Source: a virus (lineage: Duplodnaviria; Heunggongvirae; Uroviricota; Caudoviricetes). From it: 64,000 nucleotides of DNA. This document shows, one piece after another, positions 53,457 to 64,000 of the stretch. Position 1 is the first letter of the stretch. Every line of letters starts with the position of its first letter. Position numbers and translations under genes: made by a program. The notes under the pieces are model-generated. The model worked only from the letters and a program-made list of their open reading frames with translations, was not told the origin of the DNA and ran no database searches. The DNA lies in the IMG/VR virus record IMGVR_UViG_3300025659_000002, positions 64,001-128,000 of that record; one strand, given 5' to 3'.

Positions 53457-54397
53457 TATATTGTCTCCTTTAAAATTGTTTCTAAGTCTTTTTTTGACAC
53501 GGCAAAATCCTTACTGTTATATTCATTATTTTTTAATAAAACTTCATCGTTATAAGTATTTTTATAATGCATTAAATAATATTTGCCAGGATCAGCCACT
53601 CTCCCTAATTCTTCTTTAGCAATCATAACCTCATGAATTTTTTCTGAAATACGAGGTTTTCCTATTTTGTATTTTAAACCAAAATTTTCTTTAAAATAAT
53701 CAAACATATCCTTAACTAAAAAACTTTTTAATTTAGGAATAATATTAAACCCAGTTAATGAAAAACCTATAGGACGGCTAAGCGCGTAATCTATTAAATT
53801 TACAGCTTCAGCTACTGAAATCATAAATCTAGTCATGTCCGCACTATACAATGTAAGTGTATATTCGTTAGAAATGGCGTTCTTTATTAAAGGAATAAGA
53901 CTTCCTGTAGAACCTAACACATTGCCATAGATGGCCGTGTTTAAAACACAGTCTCCAAGAGAGTTTTCAGAATTTACTATGAACAATTCTCCTGCTACAA
54001 ATTTCATAGAACCATATAAGGTGGTTGCTGCTCTACTTTTGTCTGTAGAAATAAAGCAAGAATCTATATGATTAGTTTCTGCAGCGGCTCTACTGTTAAG
54101 AGCTCCATTAATAATTGTTTTGACGGCTTCACTTGGATTTTGGTCAACGGCTTCTATTTGCTTCATACTAGCCGCAAAGATAGCTTTGGAATGACCCATA
54201 GAGGCTTCTATCAGCCTTTCCTTATCATTTACGTCACCTATGACACATTTAATATTTGGGAATTGTTTTTTTAAATAATAGTGCTTTGCCTCATCACGGC
54301 TATATACGGTAATCCTATTAGTTCCATAATATTCTTTAACTAACGCAGTTCCTAAAAACCCCGCTCCTCCAGTAATAAAAATACGTTCATCAAACAT
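53456..54397 (-). CDS. PseB/CapD-like UDP-GlcNAc 4,6-dehydratase (313 aa)
   Basis: ITGGAGFLG, SRDEAKH, AASMKQI, STDK, YGSMK, YGNVLGSTGS, MTRF; start ATG 54397. Confidence 0.85.
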   Translation of the reverse strand: MFDERIFITGGAGFLGTALVKEYYGTNRITVYSRDEAKHYYLKKQFPNIKCVIGDVNDKERLIEASMGHSKAIFAASMKQIEAVDQNPSEAVKTIINGALNSRAAAETNHIDSCFISTDKSRAATTLYGSMKFVAGELFIVNSENSLGDCVLNTAIYGNVLGSTGSLIPLIKNAISNEYTLTLYSADMTRFMISVAEAVNLIDYALSRPIGFSLTGFNIIPKLKSFLVKDMFDYFKENFGLKYKIGKPRISEKIHEVMIAKEELGRVADPGKYYLMHYKNTYNDEVLLKNNEYNSKDFAVSKKDLETILKETI

Positions 54398-55581
54398 TAG
54401 GAAGACCTCTCTCGTATTGACAATCGAGGTAAAGGTTTTAACCATTTACCTAAAAACCACGAGTTCTTATATACAATTTCATCTATAAAATTATAGGCAA
54501 GTACTAGAATATGATCTGGATTATACCCACGTAGAAAATCATTATCTAAGATTGGTATATGAGTTCCAGGTGTGAGTTTATTTTGTCGTAATGGAGAGTC
54601 ATCTATAATAAATGGAATCTCATCTTCTGTAATACCCATAGTGGATAAGTATATATTAGCTTGACCACTAGCTCCATAAGCTACTATTGTTTCATTTTTC
54701 TCTTTAATATTATGCAATGTTTGCTTTATATCTGTTTTAAGATTTACTAACTTCTTTTTAAAAACTTTAATTTTATACTCAGTCAAAGCTGGAGGAAAAA
54801 AGTAAAGGGGGGTTGCCGGCTTAGTTCTACTAAATATAGCATGTAAAGATGTTCCATGTATACTAATATACTCATAAGAGTCTAAGTATAATCCATGTTT
54901 ATCCATTAGAGCAGTTAAAGACTCTATTGTATAATAAAATAAATGCTCATGATAGAAAAATGGAAAGCACATCTCATCTAGTAAATAATGAAAATCCTGC
55001 ACTTCTATAATTAGTTTGCCGTCAGGACTTAATAAGGTATCTATACCATCTATAACACTTTCCAAATCTTCCATATGGGCAAAATTGTTAGCGGAAAATA
55101 TAACATCCATAAGCCCAAAATCATTTTTTATTTTAGTAGCTACTTCGTTATCAAAATAGTTATTAACTAGTGTAACTCCTTTAGGAACAGAGTCTAAAGC
55201 AACATTTGATGGGTCTACATTTATTACTAAATGATTCCCTAATTCCATTAGTCTTTCTCCTAGTGGGCAAGAGTTTCCTCCTATTTCTAATATACTAGAG
55301 GACGAAGCTAATTCGTTATGTAAACTTTCGGCTTCCGCATAAAAGTGATCTTTTAAAGTTTTAGTAGCGTGTGTATTATAAAAATAGTTATCGAATAGCT
55401 CATGTTTTGGTATCCTATCTTCTTTTAAAACTTGAGCTAATCCACAATCTTTACAATATAAGATTCTAAGAGGTTTTAAAACGTCGTCTTTAATATCTTC
55501 TAAGAAATTGCCTGCTATAGGTGCATGATCCATAGAAAATATAATATCGATGTTAGTTGAGTTGCATATAGCGCATTTCAT
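54397..55581 (-). CDS. NDP-hexose C-methyltransferase-like protein (394 aa)
   Basis: N-terminal CxxC and CKDCGL zinc motif, LEIG.N, NNFAH, YHEHLFYY, YGA and ILVLAYNF.DEI. Confidence 0.85.
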   Translation of the reverse strand: MKCAICNSTNIDIIFSMDHAPIAGNFLEDIKDDVLKPLRILYCKDCGLAQVLKEDRIPKHELFDNYFYNTHATKTLKDHFYAEAESLHNELASSSSILEIGGNSCPLGERLMELGNHLVINVDPSNVALDSVPKGVTLVNNYFDNEVATKIKNDFGLMDVIFSANNFAHMEDLESVIDGIDTLLSPDGKLIIEVQDFHYLLDEMCFPFFYHEHLFYYTIESLTALMDKHGLYLDSYEYISIHGTSLHAIFSRTKPATPLYFFPPALTEYKIKVFKKKLVNLKTDIKQTLHNIKEKNETIVAYGASGQANIYLSTMGITEDEIPFIIDDSPLRQNKLTPGTHIPILDNDFLRGYNPDHILVLAYNFIDEIVYKNSWFLGKWLKPLPRLSIRERSS

Positions 55582-55583
55582 CT

Positions 55584-57718
<2,135 letters not shown>

Positions 57719-57734
57719 TAGTATTTATTGATTT

Positions 57735-58640
57735 TTATTTAAGCTGTTCATACACTTTCTTTATGCCCTCTTCCAGAGGTGTAAATTCGAATTCTGGAAA
57801 TAAGGACATTAATTTAGAAGAGTCTATATCTTTTCTGTGCTGTCCATTAGGCATTGAAGTATCATATCTAACTTCTAAATGTTCGGCATTAAGAGCTTTT
57901 AAAGCTATAACTACCATTTCATTTATACTTAAATTTTGATTTGGTGGGGCTATGTTTACATTTTCATATGTATCAGTATAGATCATTAGTTTTATAAGTC
58001 TTGCTAAATCTCCGGCATACATAAATTGTCTAAGAGGAGTACCATCACCCATTAAGATTATAGTAGAATCTCCATTATCAAGAGCTTTCCTAATTTTAGT
58101 TAATAAAGCAGTTAAGAAATGACTTTTAGTTGGATCAGTTTTATCCCCATCTCCGTATAAATTACATGGAATAATATAATTATAATTAGTATTATATTGA
58201 GTATTATAGGCATCAATTTGTACCGCCATAGCTCTTTTAGCATACGCGTAAGAGAAGTTAGTGGGTGTGGGAGGGCCATCATGTAGTTGTTCCTCAGCCA
58301 TCGGATATACAGTAGCCTTGCCTGGAAAAATACAAGAACTTAGGATTCCAACAAATCTTGGTGTTTTAGTTAGCATGGCATATCTAAGTAAATTAGTATT
58401 CATCAGAATATTGTCCGTATAGTATTCTGCAGGATGCTCAATGTTATCTAAGATACCTCCAACTCTCGCGGCCAGGTGTATTATACATGCGGGTTTTAGA
58501 TGATAAAACAACTTTCCTACATCATCTTCGCTTCGCAAGTCATAGTCATCGGACGACAGATACACAGCATTGGGCATAATTTCTTGCAAACAACTGCCCA
58601 CTAGACCACTTCCACCGGTTACTACTGTTAGAGTTGACAT
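57735..58640 (-). CDS. fcl: GDP-L-fucose synthase / ColC-like epimerase-reductase
   Basis: TGGSGLVG, HLAARVGGI, SSCIFP, YAYAKR, PCNLYG, GDGTPLRQF; likely start ATG 58640. Confidence 0.9.
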   Translation of the reverse strand: MSTLTVVTGGSGLVGSCLQEIMPNAVYLSSDDYDLRSEDDVGKLFYHLKPACIIHLAARVGGILDNIEHPAEYYTDNILMNTNLLRYAMLTKTPRFVGILSSCIFPGKATVYPMAEEQLHDGPPTPTNFSYAYAKRAMAVQIDAYNTQYNTNYNYIIPCNLYGDGDKTDPTKSHFLTALLTKIRKALDNGDSTIILMGDGTPLRQFMYAGDLARLIKLMIYTDTYENVNIAPPNQNLSINEMVVIALKALNAEHLEVRYDTSMPNGQHRKDIDSSKLMSLFPEFEFTPLEEGIKKVYEQLK

Positions 58641-58664
58641 ATTACTGTTAACCACACTCATAAA

Positions 58665-59426
58665 TTATAGGCCAAATATTTTATACATAAACTTATCTTT
58701 TTCATAAATCTCCATTTTTAAAGCTGCAGGTATTTCATAGCAATCCACAGGCTTTCTATTACTTTTCTGAGGTTTTTCAGAAGCTTCGACTTTTTTCACA
58801 CTTTTAGGGCCGTTAAAAGGGACGCCGTGTTGCACACATAAAGCCTTTAATTCCTCAGAAATATTTTTTTGATGTAAGATGTGGTAGTTGTTTTTTATCC
58901 ACTCCAACTCTTCACATACTTCGTCATTAGATTTTAAATCAGTTATTTTTTTAGACCCAAATTGATCTAGGAAACCAAAAGTATAATACCCTATTTTTAA
59001 ACGTGTTAGCTCTTTAAAAACATGATAGTCATAAGTATGATGCTGTCTAGATAAAACATTTGCGTGTTGCAATAAGAATTTATTGTCAAACATATTCCCC
59101 AATATTTTAACTAATCCCAAATCTCCGCTTAAACTATGTTTTTCAGAAATATAACGATTAATATGCCCTTCATTTGGATCTAAGGGCTTTGCATGACTTT
59201 CCTTAATTTGGGCATACTTAGGATCTAAACATCAAAAGGTAATTAAAGAGATATAGTAGTCTAAAGGTTCTCTGACAATACAAACTTTTTGTTCATTAGA
59301 AATTAAGCCATTATTTTTACAAAAATGATAGTTTCTATGGTGTCCCAGAGTGTACCCTTTGGGTAAAACTCTATGCGCATAAGTTCCAGCTGTCTTTGGC
59401 TGATGAAATATTATGAATTCTGGCAT
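58665..59426 (-). CDS. Sulfotransferase family 2-like protein (253 aa)
   Basis: FHQPKTAGT and VREPLDYYISL; track ORFs 59232-59441 and 58665-59120 joined via one TGA. Confidence 0.65.
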
Positions 59427-60067
59427 AGTATTGTTAACCATTCCTTAGAGTAAACTTTGAATTGTGGATATTTTTTTCTGATAGTCTTTACTACTGTGTT
59501 GTTATCTTCAAGAAAACATACAAAAGTGTCAGATAAAAATGGAATAGCATCCTCTAGTGTCTGTAAAATAGTTTCATCAGTGTGGTAGGCATCATCAACA
59601 AATATGTCTATAGTCCTACCCTTTAATATTTTTTCTAAATAATTAGAGTTAGATACAAACTGATCAAACTCAAATACTTCCGGTAATTTATTTGGAAAAG
59701 CTCCTAAATCTAACAAGGTTTGTAGATTATCTTCAAAGTAAGTTAAACTGATGTCTAAACCTATTACAGAGCCATTGGGGAATAAATCCCCCCAAAGAGC
59801 TAAACCGGAACCTTTTAAAATTCCAACCTCTACTATTGTAGGAGCCATGCTGGAATTAACAAAGGGTAGTAAATGTTGGGCATATTCCGAATTGTAGGCA
59901 GTTGGCAGCATTCTGTCGCCACCCTGCATACCTATTGTCGATAGGTATCGTTCCGATCTGGGGTCCCTTTCACTAACATGTTTTATGGGCACGTTTGTTA
60001 TAAGGCCCCCATATTTTTTTTCAGTTGTTTCTAGAAATTCTTCTAGTTGTGGTATAGTGTAGCTCAT
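59411..60067 (-). CDS. Class I SAM-dependent methyltransferase (218 aa)
   Basis: EVGILKGSGL, GLDI, DQ, DIFVDDAYH. Confidence 0.75.
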   Translation of the reverse strand: MSYTIPQLEEFLETTEKKYGGLITNVPIKHVSERDPRSERYLSTIGMQGGDRMLPTAYNSEYAQHLLPFVNSSMAPTIVEVGILKGSGLALWGDLFPNGSVIGLDISLTYFEDNLQTLLDLGAFPNKLPEVFEFDQFVSNSNYLEKILKGRTIDIFVDDAYHTDETILQTLEDAIPFLSDTFVCFLEDNNTVVKTIRKKYPQFKVYSKEWLTILCQNS

Positions 60068-60075
60068 GTAACTCC

Positions 60076-60855
60076 TTATAATTTAATACTTGTTTCTCAG
60101 TATAGATCTGATATGTTTCTATCCCGATTCGCAGGACCAAACCAGGTTGCTGGAAACACTACTTTCTTATCTTTATTTTTATTTAAGTAAGCCCCTCACC
60201 AGGAAAAACTCGAGTTAGCAATGATGTTATGACTACACCTAGATAAAATATTCATATCTATAAAGTCTTTCTCTCCTTCGATGTATACTGCGCTATCCCC
60301 GAACACAGATTTACACCAAGGAACGTCATCGCTCACAATGATTTTTTTAGTATTCTTAGGAAATAAATCTAAACCTTTAAAATAGTATTCAGGTGTTAAA
60401 GGTAAATGAAACTGTGGGGTTTCTAAATAATCCCCCCTTCTAACATGAATTCCGATAGTTTCTTCTGTAAATAGATTTCCATACTTAGAAGTGATATATT
60501 CATTAGTTTCAGATGGCAATTCAAATAGATTTTTAATAAAAAGCTCGTTATGTTTAAAATACTTATCTGATTGAAAATAACCCGTTAGTATAGAATTGTT
60601 AGAACAATTTATTTTTTTAAAATGAAAATAAGGCTCCTTGTACTCATTCACACAGGCACTTACATTGGCATGCGGTACTTTCCAAAAAATGGTATCTTTA
60701 TACACATTTACACGATCATAGTAGTGAGTTCTACACTGTATAGGCTGATCTAAGTTAAATCCGTATTCTCAGTCATTGTCGATAGCTAAAGAAACTACAT
60801 TTGCTATTTGAAATAGTAAGTTCCCCAAACCACCCATTAAGTTAGCTGTTAGCAT
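60076..60855 (-). CDS. GT11 alpha-1,2-fucosyl/colitosyltransferase (259 aa)
   Basis: GGLGNLLFQ, GYFQS, HVRRGDY, SDD..WC, ANSSFSW[TGA]GAYL. Confidence 0.92.
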
Positions 60856-61546
60856 TGGCTGCTTTCCTTCTTTTGAAATTTTGTATCGCTCGGTTGGCAT
60901 TGACAGCTGCTTGCAGAAAAGTGGCACCGTTTGAAGCAGACTCTGGCAAAATTCTATAGTTATATAAAATTGCGTCTACAAAGTAAGGAGTAGTAACTTC
61001 GCTAAGTTTATATACCAAATCCTTGTCTCCTCCAGGACTGAGTGTTAGGTCATATCCTAGACTTTCGTTATAAGTAGTTCTTCTAAATGTTTTTAAATGG
61101 CTAGGCGGACAATCGTAAATTGCCTCATGTTCCCCTAATTTTCGACACCACCCCTCTTTAAGAGGTAGTAGGGTTTCATCACACAGCATAAAATTTGAAT
61201 ATACGAATCCACGCGCTCCTTTATCATACTCTTCTAGAATTTTTGCCGTAGCTTGCGGAAGCAGTGCATCGTCCGAGTCTAAAATACCGATAATGTCAGT
61301 TGGGGAGTTAGCAATCATATTTATCATAGTCTGCAAACTTCCTAGATTTTTAGAATTTTGTACACAAATAAATTTATCATTATTAGCTACTAGGTTTTTT
61401 ATAAATTCTGCGGAGCCATCAGTACTAGCATCGTCTGTTATAAAAGCGCATCACCGGTCACAGTCTTGTGCCATTAGCGACTCATATCAGTCTTCTAAAT
61501 ACTTTTCTTTATTATAATTTGGTGTTATGTAAGTTATATATTCCAT
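60842..61546 (-). CDS. GT2 glycosyltransferase (234 aa)
   Basis: TPNYNKEKYL, DDASTDGS, LDSDD; two TGA. Confidence 0.85.
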
Positions 61547-61560
61547 GTAAAGATATGTCC

Positions 61561-62211
61561 TTATATTTCTGAGGGCTTTAATCCTCATTTTTCTGTAAAG
61601 TATTTGGTATTGTGTCCTATTATGTTCACAGAACGATCGCCGTTTGCATATAAATTGTTTCCGTGAGATGCTTGGGTCCCTACTTCTCCATTTTTTAATA
61701 CATAGCTAGCATCTTGCAGCCTCTTCCCAAAGTCTATGTCTTCGTGTCCGTAATTTCCATCAAAATTTATGTCGAAAAGACCTATAGCATCTAACACTGT
61801 TTTTCTAATTCCTAAATTAGCGGTACTGAATCAACCATCGGCGGTCTGACCATTTCAAAATTTTATAATTCCTCTAGAAACATCGGCTGTTTTTAAAGTG
61901 TCTAAATGAGCTTGTATGAAGTTATTCGAAGTGGGTATACAATCATCATCTAGCAAGATGATATAAGGAGAAACACACAAAGCAACAGACTCATTGAATC
62001 TAGCAACTCTGTGGTAGCCAGCATCCTCATTTCATATAAATTTTGTAATTATTGAGTAAGTTGCGGCATTGATAGGGTCACAGCTTCCGTCATCATTGAT
62101 GATGAGATTAAAATTAGTGTTAGTTTGTTTCCCTAACATTTTTAAGGTTTTTAACAGTTCAACTGGCCTGTTATAAGTTGTGATGCAAATATCTATATCT
62201 TTCTTTTCCAT
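61561..62211 (-). CDS. GT2 glycosyltransferase (216 aa)
   Basis: ITTYNRP, NDDGS, LDDDC, GHEDIDFG; four TGA. Confidence 0.85.
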
Positions 62212-62212
62212 A

Positions 62213-63535
62213 TTAAAAACCTATTTTCTCTTCAACTTCGAAGGGAAATTTATTAATTGTTAAGTAGTGATGCAGTACGCTTTTGTAATGCCTATTTTTC
62301 AATTCTTGAGAAATTCATAAAAATTCTTGAACCACTTTTTTATCTAAAAACGGGTATCTACTTTCAATACCATACGCACCTCCTACATACTCCTCTTTGG
62401 CCAAGTAAGACTCCATAGACGAGCCGTAAAAAGACGCTCAAGGAAACACAGTATTCAAGTCTTTTGGAAACAGTCCTCCAAAATTGGAATGTGGGTATTT
62501 CGATTTCCCACCAAACCCGTAATCTGAAAACAATTCATCAGCACCAGCTCCGCTTATGTGAATTTTTAATCCAACGCTCTTTGCTTTTGCGCACAAATAC
62601 GAGAATTGATTAGAACCGTTATCGTCTACAAGTTTTAAGTTGAATTCGTTATAGCTGGATGAATCTGAGCGTATGGTGTACACGAAGCTGTCTGTATTAC
62701 GTACTATAAATTGATGTGCCAAATCCAAATCCTCGGGACGCACTGTGTACTGATCGATGCGAGTTGTGTTTTTTAAAACATCATATCTTTCCGCTAAAAT
62801 CTTTTTATTCTCGTGGCCAACGTGAGTATAGGCTTGAAAAGGTACTTTTAGTTTGTGCATTTCACAAGCAATGGCACCGCTGTCATACCCACTAGATAGC
62901 CCTATAAAGATTTTTTCTCTGATGTTAGTTTTAGCACGTTTTTTAATGCTTTCAGAAAAAGCGATCGCTCAATCGTCAAAATCAGTTTTATATTGGTCTA
63001 AATTAAACTCGAAATTAGCGAAGGATCTTAATAGTTGCTTCGTTTTTAAATCAAAAACAAAGGTTGTGTTTGCTGCACATTTTTTTATATCAGTAAATCC
63101 AAGCTTGTATAAAGGATCGGCGTAACTTGCTATTCCGATATCCTGCGAGTTAATTGAAAAAAATAGAGGTTTTGTTTTAAAGGTATCGGTACTAATAAGT
63201 AAGATTCTTTTATTAAAGTCTACTAACGCCAAAGCAAACTCCCCATCTAGCAATTTTGTAAATTGCTCCCCATACTCCTTGTATAGTGGAATAAGACATT
63301 TTGTATCATTATCAAAGCCATCGAAATTATAAATTTCGCCGTTAAACAATACAACGACGTCGTCTTCTAACAAAGGCTGCGAAGTTCAAGCCCCTGTTAT
63401 ACTGAGCAAATTGTGCAAAAAAGTTATGCCATTAATATTTTTAATGTTTGTACTATCGGGCCCACGCAACTGGAGAAGTCTATTGATCTGTGGTAGATTT
63501 TCTACATCTTTTGTAGTTAGTAAAAAAGAACACAT
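62213..63535 (-). CDS. Asparagine synthetase-like glutamine amidotransferase (440 aa)
   Basis: N-terminal Met-Cys, RGPD, NGEIYN, DGEFA, SSGYDSG, SGAGADELF, RYPFLD; four TGA. Confidence 0.88.
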
Positions 63536-63536
63536 G

Positions 63537-63998
63537 CTATGACTTAGTCCTTATTTGTGGTATCAATTTGTTTTTGTGTAGCCCGCCATTGGCATATCCA
63601 GGCAAAGTACATATAGATACAGCTGTTTTTCACGCTACAAAGGGCAAACTTAGTTGGTCTCTGGAAGAATACTTACAAATTTGCTCTCACCAACGTAAAT
63701 TCAATACTTTGATTTTATCAGTATTTTTGCGTATGAATGTTGGAAGTTCATACAGTCCATTATTCTTTGGGTAGCATTGGCTACGATAGTAGTCCATTTG
63801 TCTATGAATGTTTTCAGGTAAGTCATATTTTAATTTCAATAACTCAGAAGCTTCTTCATAAATACAAGTTCTATGGGTATGTTTAAATACTCCTAAATCT
63901 TTGTTATGTAAATACTGCTCACAAAATTCTAAAGGATTTTCAATTACCTCATGGGTGGGATCGTGCCATATTCAATAATTATAATCTGGGAAAAATAA
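63537..63998 (-). CDS. DUF616 / TOD1-MUCI70-like glycosyltransferase, 5' end outside window
   Basis: FKH..RTCIYEEA and W[TGA]EQI...SSRDQLSLPFVA[TGA]K; TAG 63537-63539. Confidence 0.7.
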
Positions 63999-64000
63999 AT

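Noticed and set aside
62213-63535. Asparagine synthetase as a nitrogen-metabolism auxiliary gene
   Set aside because: It is a short AsnB-like protein embedded among glycosyltransferases, where such enzymes typically amidate sugars.

Overview
A 64 kb, AT-rich segment of a large contractile-tailed bacteriophage (myovirus-like Caudoviricetes) that reads TGA as Trp (genetic code 4). The supplied code-11 ORF track therefore breaks up most genes. With TGA read as Trp, the window is almost wall-to-wall coding; all CDS coordinates below use that code and were traced by eye. The + strand (1-40066) carries the virion module: Lys-rich putative head proteins sharing an N-terminal leader, a ribosomal protein bS21 homologue, terminase, prohead protease, scaffold, major capsid, neck proteins, a 1970-aa multi-domain glycosyltransferase ending in an Aah/TibC-like O-heptosyltransferase, two giant Gly-Ser/Thr-Ser collagen-like fibres, five LamG-like paralogues, tail sheath and tail tube. 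The - strand (40137-64000) carries PolA, a sigma-70 factor, a ubiquitin-like/JAB/E1(ThiF) gene cluster, class II RNR, dUTPase, RecU and a large NDP-sugar/glycan-modification cluster. Most notable: (1) TGA-Trp is absent from the replication block but common in virion and glycan genes; (2) the phage encodes a Ubl-E1-JAB cluster; (3) a probable virion glycosylation system sits beside Pro-free Ser/Thr collagens; (4) a shared capsid-targeting-like leader and a recurrent K-x-A motif mark head proteins; (5) five sigma-70-type promoters end exactly 5 nt before a start codon. No tRNA, rRNA, CRISPR array or integrase was seen. All family calls are motif recognition by eye, not database results.
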